From Candidatus Omnitrophota bacterium (lineage in GTDB: Bacteria > Omnitrophota > Gorgyraeia > Zapsychrales > Fredricksoniimonadaceae), in contig JBGAJA010000007.1 in assembly GCA_044225175.1 (NCBI GenBank), forward strand, positions 13,492 through 77,491: a DNA stretch of 64,000 bases. Reading direction: 5' to 3'. Shown piece by piece: positions 53,854 through 62,445 of this stretch. The stretch's first letter is position 1; every line of letters starts with the position of its first letter. Position numbers and translations under genes: made by a program. Below the pieces are notes generated by a model, which did no database searches, was not told the origin of the DNA, and saw only the letters and a program-made list of their open reading frames with translations.

Positions 53854-54228
53854 ATGTCGATCGGAGAAAAAGTTGATTTAGGAAATGTTCAAATTCATAA
53901 GAAAGTCATAGGTGACATTGCTGCAGCATCTTTGCGTGATATTCCTGGTGTCAGCCTTGCCGGATTTGGTATTATTGGTGGTTTTTGTGAGTTATTTGGT
54001 TATAAAAATTTTCCTGGCGTCTATGTGAGAGTTGATCAATCTGGCCAAATTTCTATGGAAATTCGAGTAGAGATTGATTTTGGAGTTAATATTCCACTTG
54101 TAGCCCACGAAATTCAAGATAAAGTTCAAGCGGCAATTGAACAAGCGTTAGATTTAGAACTTAAAGAAATCAATGTCAGCGTTCAATCTGTGACAAGGGC
54201 CATGCCTAATAGCAGGGGAGGTATCTAA
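53854..54228 (+). CDS. Asp23/Gls24 family (alkaline shock-like) protein; start taken at the ATG at 53854 behind an aaaggag RBS
   Basis: MSIGEKVDLGNVQIHKKVIGDIAAASLRDIPGV... Confidence 0.75.
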   Translation: MSIGEKVDLGNVQIHKKVIGDIAAASLRDIPGVSLAGFGIIGGFCELFGYKNFPGVYVRVDQSGQISMEIRVEIDFGVNIPLVAHEIQDKVQAAIEQALDLELKEINVSVQSVTRAMPNSRGGI

Positions 54229-54827
54229 TGTGGTTGATGACTCGTTTTGCGATCATTTTCTATGTGTGTGTTATTTGGATGACAAGCCTGATTGTTATTC
54301 TTTTTGTCTTACATGGTTTTGAATATCAAACTATTCAACATCTTTTAGCTATGATCTATACAGATCACAATCTTCGGCTTATTGCGGGTTTGATTGCTTT
54401 AGGTTTTATTCTAGTAAGCATTTTATTAGAGAACCTCATATATGGCCGCAGACGTATGGAACGTACGATTGCCTTTGATAATGATTCTGGTGAGGTAACT
54501 GTTTCTTTGGTCGCTTTAGAGGATTTGATTAAGTCTTTAACTTATCAAGTGCCTGAAGTTAAAGAGATTAAACCATTTTTGATGGCTGATAAAAAAGGTA
54601 TTGATGCCCAAATTAAATTGACCTTGCGAAGTCAGGTCAATATTCCTGAATTAACATCCCGATTACAGGATTTGATCAGACGTAAGATTGAAGAGACAAT
54701 TGGTATGGAAGGCAGAGTTAATATTCGCATTCATGTGGCAAAAATGAATTTGGAAGAGACTAAATCTAAAAGGCCAAGTGATTCAGTTAAAGATCCACAA
54801 GTTCCTTTTCATGGGTATAGGGCATAA
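54228..54827 (+). CDS. Membrane protein, AmaP-like Asp23 anchor candidate
   Basis: Two N-terminal TM helices; directly follows the Asp23 gene. Confidence 0.5.
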   Translation: MWLMTRFAIIFYVCVIWMTSLIVILFVLHGFEYQTIQHLLAMIYTDHNLRLIAGLIALGFILVSILLENLIYGRRRMERTIAFDNDSGEVTVSLVALEDLIKSLTYQVPEVKEIKPFLMADKKGIDAQIKLTLRSQVNIPELTSRLQDLIRRKIEETIGMEGRVNIRIHVAKMNLEETKSKRPSDSVKDPQVPFHGYRA

Positions 54828-54840
54828 ATGAGATTAGAAA

Positions 54841-54880
54841 TTAGAGATTTGAAATTAGATATCAAATTTCAAATTTCTAA
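54841..54880. terminator. 16-bp AT-rich perfect hairpin between the Asp23 operon and pfk (terminator or operator)
   Basis: ttagagatttgaaatt-agatatca-aatttcaaatttctaa (one G-U pair); the loop contains the gatatc palindrome. Confidence 0.5.
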
Positions 54881-54912
54881 TATCACTGAAATTAGCAAGT
54901 AGAATAAAATAT

Positions 54913-55950
54913 ATGAAGAAAATTGGAATACTTACGGGCGGTGCAGATTGTCCAGGGCTTAATTCAGTCATCCGGGCTGTTGTGCGTAAAGGCATGCAGG
55001 AGGGATTTGTCATTACTGGGATTAAGAATGGCTGGCTTGGTCTTATTGAAAATGACATGCGTGTATTGGATGTCAAATCAACTACAGGAATCTTGGATAA
55101 GGGCGGTACCATTTTAGGAACAAGCCGCGTTAATCCTTTGAATGATGAGGATCAAATTAAGAAAATTAAAGAAAATTATGCCAGAAGCGGTATTGATGCG
55201 TTGATTGTTGTTGGAGGAGAAGAAACTTTAAAGGTAGGATTAGCTTTGCATAAGCGAGGAATTATTCAAGTAGTAGGCGTCCCTAAATCTATTGATAATG
55301 CTCTTTCAGGGACTGATTATGCTTTTGGATTTGATACAGCTGTAAATGTAGCGACCGAATGTATTGATCGTTTACATACAACAGCTGAATCTCATCATCG
55401 TATTATGGTTGTTGAAGTCATGGGTTTATATACCGGTTGGTTAGCTGTTCATGCAGGAATTGCTGGCGGTGCAGATATTATTCTTGTTCCAGAAATTCCA
55501 GTTGATTTAGATGAGGTTTATGAGCTTCTGCGTGAGAGACATAAGCGTGGAAAGCCTTTTAGTATTATTGTAATATCTGAAGGGACGAAATTGGAAGGTT
55601 ACTCCATTCCAAACATGGATCCCAGCTCTTTTATTGTGGAAAAAAGACGATTTGGCTCAGTGGGAGAATTTTTAGCTAAATCTATTGAAGATAACACTGG
55701 TTATGAGACGAGAGTAAGTGTTTTAGGGTATATCTTAAGGGGTGGTTCACCTACGGCTTTTGATCGTGTTTTGGGAACTCGTTTTGGAGTTAAGGCTGTT
55801 GAACTTATTAAAGATAATAAATTAGGTAAGATGGTTTCTTTGCGGGAAAATAAGATTCGTTTTGTAGATATGGAAGAAGCTGTGCGCGAACGTAAGCAGG
55901 TTAATATGGACTTGGTTGATATTGCGAATGTTTTCTCGGCTAAGAACTAA
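54913..55950 (+). CDS. pfkA: 6-phosphofructokinase
   Basis: MKKIGILTGGADCPGLNSVIRAVV...; PFK fold. Confidence 0.85.
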   Translation: MKKIGILTGGADCPGLNSVIRAVVRKGMQEGFVITGIKNGWLGLIENDMRVLDVKSTTGILDKGGTILGTSRVNPLNDEDQIKKIKENYARSGIDALIVVGGEETLKVGLALHKRGIIQVVGVPKSIDNALSGTDYAFGFDTAVNVATECIDRLHTTAESHHRIMVVEVMGLYTGWLAVHAGIAGGADIILVPEIPVDLDEVYELLRERHKRGKPFSIIVISEGTKLEGYSIPNMDPSSFIVEKRRFGSVGEFLAKSIEDNTGYETRVSVLGYILRGGSPTAFDRVLGTRFGVKAVELIKDNKLGKMVSLRENKIRFVDMEEAVRERKQVNMDLVDIANVFSAKN

Positions 55951-55965
55951 ACATAAGATTTTTCT

Positions 55966-56535
55966 ATGGAAAAACTTGTAGAACAGATTTTTGCCCAATC
56001 TATTGGGGTCAAACAAGAGACCCTTAAAGTCAATCTCCCTAAGATTGTTGAGTCTGCTCAAACAATCATTGATGCCTTAAATAATAATCACAAACTCTTT
56101 TTTTGTGGAAATGGTGGCTCTGCTGCGGATAGTCAGCATATTGCCGCTGAGTTTGTAGGACGTTTTCAAAAAGAACGAAAAGCTTGGCCTGCCATTGCTT
56201 TAACGACAGATACATCGGCTTTAACAGCATTAGGAAATGACTATAGTTTCGACATTGTCTTTTCACGTCAGCTCCAGGCGTTAGGGCAACCAGGAGACGT
56301 GCTAATTGCCATCACAACAAGCGGCAATTCCAAGAATGTTCTAGAGGCTGTTAAAGAAGCGAAAAAGATGGGAATTAAGACTATAGGAGTAACAGGAGGT
56401 ACGGGTGGATCTCTTGTAACTCTTTGTGATATTACACTTATTGCAGCTTCACCAATTACGGCTCGTATACAAGAATCTCATCTGGTAATTTTTCATTCCA
56501 TTTGCGAACTTGTTGAAAATGCTTTAACGAAATAA
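55966..56535 (+). CDS. gmhA: Phosphoheptose isomerase (D-sedoheptulose-7-phosphate isomerase, SIS domain)
   Basis: FFCGNGGSAADSQHIAAEF. Confidence 0.85.
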   Translation: MEKLVEQIFAQSIGVKQETLKVNLPKIVESAQTIIDALNNNHKLFFCGNGGSAADSQHIAAEFVGRFQKERKAWPAIALTTDTSALTALGNDYSFDIVFSRQLQALGQPGDVLIAITTSGNSKNVLEAVKEAKKMGIKTIGVTGGTGGSLVTLCDITLIAASPITARIQESHLVIFHSICELVENALTK

Positions 56536-56578
56536 ACTTTTACCGGCCTCCCATAGGGATGTCGGTTTTTTATTTATT

Positions 56579-57049
56579 ATGATTTCATTAGAATCCAAAA
56601 TTATTTCTTTGCAATCACTTAAGAAGAAATTAACCTCTTTGCGCCGCTCTGGAAAAACCATTGCCTTTACCAATGGCTGCTTTGATCTGATGCATATTGG
56701 TCATGTCAAATATCTTGAAAAAGCAAAAAAACAAAATCGTATTCTCATTGTTGGATTAAATAGTGACCGCTCAACTAGCCGTCTTAAAGGACCTACCCGT
56801 CCTATTTGTCCCCAAAAATCTAGAGCAGCGGTCTTAGCTGCTTTGGAAAGTGTCGATTTTGTTGTCCTTTTTGATGAAGAAACACCTTATAAGTTAATCC
56901 AAGCCGTCAAACCTGATATTTTAATCAAAGGCGGAGATTATAAAGGTAAAGATGTTGTAGGAAGTGATGTGGCTAAAAAGGTTGAGTTAATTAAGTTTGT
57001 TAAGGGTTTTTCAACTTCGAATATTATAGAAAAAATTAAGAAGTCTTAA
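56579..57049 (+). CDS. D-glycero-beta-D-manno-heptose-1-phosphate adenylyltransferase (RfaE domain II-like cytidylyltransferase)
   Basis: AFTNGCFDLMHIGHVKYL (nucleotidyltransferase HxGH). Confidence 0.8.
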   Translation: MISLESKIISLQSLKKKLTSLRRSGKTIAFTNGCFDLMHIGHVKYLEKAKKQNRILIVGLNSDRSTSRLKGPTRPICPQKSRAAVLAALESVDFVVLFDEETPYKLIQAVKPDILIKGGDYKGKDVVGSDVAKKVELIKFVKGFSTSNIIEKIKKS

Positions 57050-57051
57050 AT

Positions 57052-57462
57052 ATGACCAAAAATGATCCTCTTTTTCGCATTTTAGATGCAAACCTTAATA
57101 GGTCTAAGGAGGGATTGAGAGTTTGTGAAGATATTAGTCGGTATATTTGGAATCAAAAAGCTCTAACTAAGCAAATAAAACAAGTCCGTCATGAATTAAG
57201 TAGTACTATGTCCAAGATAAGCATATTGCGGATTTTGGATGCCCGTGCTGTAGAAAGTGATGTGGGCAAGGGAACCATACCTAGTGAGCTTAAAAGAAGT
57301 GATGTGGGGGCTGTTTTTTTAGCAAATGCGCAGCGAGTCAAAGAGTCGTTAAGGGTTTTGGAAGAAATTTCCAAACTCATAAACAGCTCAGTATCCAAGA
57401 ATATTAAATCGTTACGCTATAGGTTTTATGTCATTGAGCAAAAAGCTTTTAAAAAGAGCTAA
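57052..57462 (+). CDS. Hypothetical protein; overlaps thiE by 35 nt and may be a ThiE-associated N-terminal-type domain
   Basis: RILDANLNRSKEGLRVCEDISRY; family assignment uncertain. Confidence 0.4.
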   Translation: MTKNDPLFRILDANLNRSKEGLRVCEDISRYIWNQKALTKQIKQVRHELSSTMSKISILRILDARAVESDVGKGTIPSELKRSDVGAVFLANAQRVKESLRVLEEISKLINSSVSKNIKSLRYRFYVIEQKAFKKS

Positions 57463-58057
57463 TTTATACTTAATTTTAGATGCAGAGGTCCTTTCTTATA
57501 AAGATTTGCTAAAGACCTTAAAACCAGCTGTACGTGCAGGAGTTGATATAGTACAATTGCGGAACAAAAAAGGTCATGCAAAAGATATTTTAGAGTTTTC
57601 TAAAGAAGCAAGACGTATTTTATCAAAAAAAGCGCTCTTTATTATGAATGACCGAGTGGATTTGGCGATTTTATCAAAAGCTGATGGGGTTCATTTAGGT
57701 CAACAAGATGTCAGTTATGCTCAAGCTAGAACATTGATGGGATCTCAATCGATTATAGGAGTATCTTGTCAAGATCTAGAACATGCTAAGAAGGCTCAAA
57801 GGCAAGGTGCTAGTTATATAGGATTTGGCTCAGTTTTCAAAACTCAAACAAAGCCAGAGCGTCAACCTATGAAATTGGAACTACTTAAAACTGTTGTTCA
57901 GACTATTAAAATTCCTATTTTTGCTATTGGGGGTATTAATTTAAGTAATTTAGGTAAAGTAAAAGAAGTAGGGGTTAGTCGAATTGCGGTTTGTCGGGAT
58001 ATTTTATTAGCTAAAGATGTAGATAAGAGAGTTAGAGAATTTAAAAGATCATTGTAA
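57428..58057 (+). CDS. thiE: Thiamine-phosphate synthase
   Basis: TIM-barrel ThiE motifs (LYLILD..., VQLR.K, GADGVHLGQ.D, IGVS, ASYIGFG.VF.T.TK, IPIFAIGGI). Confidence 0.85.
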   Translation: MSLSKKLLKRANLYLILDAEVLSYKDLLKTLKPAVRAGVDIVQLRNKKGHAKDILEFSKEARRILSKKALFIMNDRVDLAILSKADGVHLGQQDVSYAQARTLMGSQSIIGVSCQDLEHAKKAQRQGASYIGFGSVFKTQTKPERQPMKLELLKTVVQTIKIPIFAIGGINLSNLGKVKEVGVSRIAVCRDILLAKDVDKRVREFKRSL

Positions 58058-58074
58058 CAAGGGGTTTGCAGTTT

Positions 58075-58148
58075 GCGGGGGTCATACAGTGGTAGTATGT
58101 TAGCTTCCCAAGCTAACTGCGCGGGTTCGATTCCCGTCCCCCGCTCCA
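58075..58148 (+). tRNA. tRNA-Gly (anticodon CCC), CCA encoded
   Basis: Acceptor gcggggg/cccccgc, anticodon loop ttCCCaa, T-arm gcggg-ttcgatt-cccgt. Confidence 0.75.
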
Positions 58149-58154
58149 TAAAGG

Positions 58155-58886
58155 ATGAAAATGGTAAATAACCATAAGAATTTTGAAAAGAATATTTTAG
58201 GGGCCTTATTGTTAGCTAGTATTGTGATGATTTCTGGTTGTGCGACAACAGAATATAATCGACTTCCTGAGACCCCTAAAGTGATCGTTCCTCCTAAGGT
58301 TGAGAAACCTCAAGGCATTTATCATAAGGTTCAAAAAGGCCAAACTCTTTGGCAAATTTCCAAAACATATGGATTATCTGTTGAAGAGATCATTTCAGCT
58401 AACAATATTCCCAACGCAGCGGCAATTGAAGTCAATCAGCTTCTTTTAATTCCTGGAGCGAAACAAGTTAAAGATATAGTGATGCCTCCTGCTTCATCAG
58501 CAGCAACGCCCGATCAAAACAAAGATGAGTTTGCTTGGCCGCTTAGGGGGAAAATTATTTCTTATTTTAAAGACCCCAAGGGTGAGGGGGTCAATCGAGG
58601 GATCGATATTGATGCAGCTCAAGGCTCTTCCGTCAAAGCTTCCAGAGAAGGAAGGGTTGTTTTAGCTGATAAAATGAGTGAATATAACCAGACAGTCATG
58701 ATTGATCACGAAGATGGTTATGTTTCTATTTATACCAATAATCGTAAGCTTCTTGTGAGCCCAGGCCAGAGGGTTTATAAGGGAGACGTGATTGCTGAGG
58801 TGGGTGCTACAGCAAATAAGAGTTTTTTACATTTTGAAATTAGAAAAGGGAAGGAAGCAACTAACCCATTATTTTATTTGCCATGA
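58155..58886 (+). CDS. LysM-domain M23 peptidase lipoprotein (NlpD-like)
   Basis: Lipobox ...MISGC; LysM (YHKVQKGQTLWQISKTYG...); M23 C-terminus. Confidence 0.8.
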   Translation: MKMVNNHKNFEKNILGALLLASIVMISGCATTEYNRLPETPKVIVPPKVEKPQGIYHKVQKGQTLWQISKTYGLSVEEIISANNIPNAAAIEVNQLLLIPGAKQVKDIVMPPASSAATPDQNKDEFAWPLRGKIISYFKDPKGEGVNRGIDIDAAQGSSVKASREGRVVLADKMSEYNQTVMIDHEDGYVSIYTNNRKLLVSPGQRVYKGDVIAEVGATANKSFLHFEIRKGKEATNPLFYLP

Positions 58887-60520
58887 ACTTAAATGATCCT
58901 ACATATAGTTTTTTTGGAAGAAGAGAGATTTCTGAGCTTTTAACTAAGCGTGTTTTAGGGCTCAAAGATGGATACCGTCAAAATTTGGCACTTTTAGGCA
59001 GCCGTTATGTAGGAAAAACCTCTATAGTGGAACGATTTATTATGAATTTTGAAGATAAAGACGTGCTTGTTCTTTATCTAAATTTGGAAACCCATGATTT
59101 TAAGCACTTTGTGTTACAGTTTAGCAAAGGGATTTTATATCATTTTCTCAAAAATCAAGGTCAGCCTGTCCAAGAAGATTTAAAATTACTCCTAGAATCA
59201 AGTCGTCCTTTAATTCCTGCAACAACTGCAGGAGTGGAGGCCATGCAGGAATTATTAAAAGAGGGGAAAACAAATGAAGCTTATTTTCAACTTTTGAATT
59301 TGCCTGAAGTCTTTTCACAAGAAACCAAAAAGTCTCTTGTTTTAATCTTAGATGAATTTCAGAATTTAGAAAGTTTCCCTGTGACAAATGTTTTTGTTGA
59401 ATTAGGAAAGCGTATCATGACCCAGAAGAACTGTCTTTATATTACAACCAGTTCCAATGAAGTTCAGGCCCGCGCTATTCTTTCAGAGAAGCTTTCTTTG
59501 CTTTTTGGAAACTTTGAGATTATAGAAGTGTTGCCTTTGGATCTGCCAACAAGCCAAGGATTGTTAGATCACAATCTTCAGGACATTAAAATTGGATTGT
59601 ATTTAAAGAATTTTCTGGCTGATTTTACAGGTGGATACCCCCTTTATATTAATATGCTTTCTCAAGAAATGATTTCGCTCACAGCCCTCCATCGTCAACA
59701 GGAAATCTATGCGCCTATTGTGTCTCAAGCTATTGAAAATCTTGTTTTTAATCCTTGGGGAGTCATTAGCCGTCATTTTGAATTGATTATGAGTGATTTA
59801 CGAAGAGGGAAAACCGGGGGGAATTTGTGCTCTTTGCTCGTTGCTCTTTCTGAAGGCAAGCATCGCATGGCTGATGCGGCACAATATTTAGGTCTTAAGC
59901 TTACCCTTGTGAATCAAAGAATTAATATCTTGCTGGAAGCAGACATTGTTGAGAAGAACGGTAATTACTATCATATCAAAGACAAACTTTTTAAGTATTG
60001 GATCAAGTATGTTTATCAACGCCGCATGAAAACAATTGATTTAGAACCTGGCCGCGGACGCAAGATGTTTAAAGAAGAAATCAATCGTTGTGTTAATGAA
60101 TTCCAGATGGTGGCTCGAAAAGATCTATCATCCAGGATGATGGATCTGCTGCATAAATTTGATGAAGAGTCTTTTGAATTAAGTGGGCGAAGATACAAAT
60201 TATCTTCCTTTAAAGATGTCTCTATGATGAAAATGCGTTTAGGCTCAGGAAATTTCTTAGACGCCTTATTGGCTGATTCTCCAGATGGGCAATGGCTCGT
60301 CGTTCTTAAAAAAGATCCTGTTTTTGAACATGATTTAAATCATTTAGCTGAAGAAATTAAGAAACTTGATTTTAAGCCTGGTCGCTGTGTTCTTGTATGT
60401 TTAAAAGGTCTGGATGAAAGTGCTAAGGTAAGGGCATTACAGGACAAATGGTGGATTTGGAGTGAAGAACAAATTAATACTTTGATGCATCTTTATGATG
60501 AACCCTACTTAACTCGATGA
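58883..60520 (+). CDS. AAA-family ATPase (PF01637/DUF234-like ATP-binding protein)
   Basis: Walker A GSRYVGKTS, Walker B LILDEFQNL; C-terminal wHTH-like region. Confidence 0.6.
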   Translation: MNLNDPTYSFFGRREISELLTKRVLGLKDGYRQNLALLGSRYVGKTSIVERFIMNFEDKDVLVLYLNLETHDFKHFVLQFSKGILYHFLKNQGQPVQEDLKLLLESSRPLIPATTAGVEAMQELLKEGKTNEAYFQLLNLPEVFSQETKKSLVLILDEFQNLESFPVTNVFVELGKRIMTQKNCLYITTSSNEVQARAILSEKLSLLFGNFEIIEVLPLDLPTSQGLLDHNLQDIKIGLYLKNFLADFTGGYPLYINMLSQEMISLTALHRQQEIYAPIVSQAIENLVFNPWGVISRHFELIMSDLRRGKTGGNLCSLLVALSEGKHRMADAAQYLGLKLTLVNQRINILLEADIVEKNGNYYHIKDKLFKYWIKYVYQRRMKTIDLEPGRGRKMFKEEINRCVNEFQMVARKDLSSRMMDLLHKFDEESFELSGRRYKLSSFKDVSMMKMRLGSGNFLDALLADSPDGQWLVVLKKDPVFEHDLNHLAEEIKKLDFKPGRCVLVCLKGLDESAKVRALQDKWWIWSEEQINTLMHLYDEPYLTR

Positions 60521-60993
60521 AAATTGGCGTAATTTCTGACACTCATTCTTTACCTATTCCCCGAAAACTGTGGGACGTGTTGTCTCAAGTTGATTTGATT
60601 GTCCATGCAGGGGATGTTTGTGATATTGAGACGCTTAAGAAATTAAAGGCAATCAAAGAGGTCAAGGTTGTTCAAGGTAATATGTGTGATCCTCAACTTA
60701 AGAAGAAACTTCCTTTAAAAGAATATTTTGAGTGTGAGGGGATTCGCATTGGAGTCCATCATGGTCATATTGGGGGAAAGGATGCTTTGAGTAATGCCGC
60801 TGAGCAATTTAAAGGTCAGCCTTTAGATATTATTATTTATGGTCATTCTCATCATGCTTTTAATCAAGAAATTAATCATATTCTTTTTTTTAATCCTGGA
60901 AGTCCCAATGATGTAGTTAAAGCAAAATTCTTTTCTTATGGCGTCATTGAAATTCACAACGGCAAATTTCAAGCCAATATCATTAAATTATAG
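60517..60993 (+). CDS. Metallophosphoesterase, YfcE/MJ0936 family
   Basis: GDTH-type motifs (ISDTHS, HAGD, GNMCD, GHSHH). Confidence 0.8.
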   Translation: MKIGVISDTHSLPIPRKLWDVLSQVDLIVHAGDVCDIETLKKLKAIKEVKVVQGNMCDPQLKKKLPLKEYFECEGIRIGVHHGHIGGKDALSNAAEQFKGQPLDIIIYGHSHHAFNQEINHILFFNPGSPNDVVKAKFFSYGVIEIHNGKFQANIIKL

Positions 60994-61041
60994 ATGTAGC
61001 TATTCATTTCTTTGAATCTCACCTAAAATAGCATCCAACTT

Positions 61042-61989
61042 ATGGTCTCTATTTCCTTTCAAACAGCTTTTGTAGCTATTTTTCAAATTTTTTTAATGGG
61101 GGGCGTTGGTTTCTTTCTATTGCGACGAAAGCTGCTTCAAGAAGAGGGTTTGAGAATCCTTTCATGGCTGAGTATTAATGTTACATTTCCGCTTTTTATC
61201 TTTTATCAGATCATCAATAACTTTAATCCGTCCTCTCAACCTTATTGGTGGACATATCCTTTAATTAATTCGGGCTTATGTGTAACGGGTGCGGCGCTAG
61301 CGAGTGTGATAGTTTATATCTTTTCAAAAAAACAGTCTAAAGAGTGGGTTGCCGTAAGTTCTTTGCATAATGCCGGTTATATACCGCTGTTGCTGGTGAC
61401 TATGTTGCCATTTGGAGAAAAGACTGCAGAAGTATATGCCTATATTATTCTTACAATTGTAGGGTTTGATTTATGTTTATGGACCCTTGGAGTGTGGTTT
61501 ATCTCTTCTCACCAAAAGCCAAAGATGAGTTTATCTAACTTTATTAATCCTCCACTGATCAGTATGTTTCTCGCATTTGTGCTTATTTTGGTAGGGGGGA
61601 AGTTTCTATTACCTGAAATTGTGATGAAGCCAATCAAGATTATTGGAGATAGTTCTTTGGCGCTTGCAATGATCACAATCGGGGGCAATTTAGCTTTAAC
61701 GCATTTTAAAAAGATCCAATGGAAGCAAGTTGGAAGTGCTGTTTTGATTAAAATTGTGATCTTGCCTTTATTAGCTTTATTATTTATAAACTTCTTTCAT
61801 ATCTCAAGTCTTTGGGGATTCATACTCATGATTCAAGCTTGCATGCCCACATCTATAACTCTTTCTGTTCTTGGAAGGTATTATGAAAGTCCTAACCAGA
61901 ATTTAATCAACCAAACCATTTTTATAACACATTTACTATGTGGTTTGACAATTCCATTGTTCTTGGCATTGTATGCAAAGGGATTTTAA
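61042..61989 (+). CDS. AEC-family (auxin efflux carrier-like) membrane transporter
   Basis: 315 aa, about 10 TM helices, AEC-like N-terminus. Confidence 0.6.
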   Translation: MVSISFQTAFVAIFQIFLMGGVGFFLLRRKLLQEEGLRILSWLSINVTFPLFIFYQIINNFNPSSQPYWWTYPLINSGLCVTGAALASVIVYIFSKKQSKEWVAVSSLHNAGYIPLLLVTMLPFGEKTAEVYAYIILTIVGFDLCLWTLGVWFISSHQKPKMSLSNFINPPLISMFLAFVLILVGGKFLLPEIVMKPIKIIGDSSLALAMITIGGNLALTHFKKIQWKQVGSAVLIKIVILPLLALLFINFFHISSLWGFILMIQACMPTSITLSVLGRYYESPNQNLINQTIFITHLLCGLTIPLFLALYAKGF

Positions 61990-61992
61990 GAC

Positions 61993-62445
61993 ATGAAGAT
62001 CATTGCAACTAATAAAAAAGCTTACCATAACTATAATTTGCTGGATAAATTTGAGTGTGGTATTGCATTGATTGGTCCTGAAGTTAAGTCTTTACGTAAT
62101 TCTCAAGCGTCATTTACAGATAGTTACGCTCGTTTCGAAAAAGGAGCGCTATATCTTCATAATTTGCATATTACTCCTTACGAACAGGCCAGTTATAACA
62201 ATCAGGACCCCGTTCGCAGTCGTAAACTTCTTCTTCATAAGAAGGAATTGGAGAAGCTAAACGGCATTATGTCTAGAAAAGGGCTTACGTTGGTTCCAAC
62301 TAAGATTTATTTTAATGTTCGTAATTTTGTTAAAGTGGAATTAGCCGTTGGTGAGGGAAAGAACTCGTATGACAAGCGTAAAGACATTAAGAAAGCTGAA
62401 GTGACACGAGAGATTGATCGAGCTATGAAGAACAGGAGAAAATAA
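61993..62445 (+). CDS. smpB: SsrA-binding protein
   Basis: KKAYHNYNLLDKFECGIALIGPEVKSLR... Confidence 0.95.
   Translation: MKIIATNKKAYHNYNLLDKFECGIALIGPEVKSLRNSQASFTDSYARFEKGALYLHNLHITPYEQASYNNQDPVRSRKLLLHKKELEKLNGIMSRKGLTLVPTKIYFNVRNFVKVELAVGEGKNSYDKRKDIKKAEVTREIDRAMKNRRK

Noticed and set aside
55020-55200. Whether pfk is PPi- or ATP-dependent, from the GGEET segment in place of GGDGS
   Set aside because: The diagnostic residues cannot be aligned reliably by eye, so only a generic 6-phosphofructokinase call is made.
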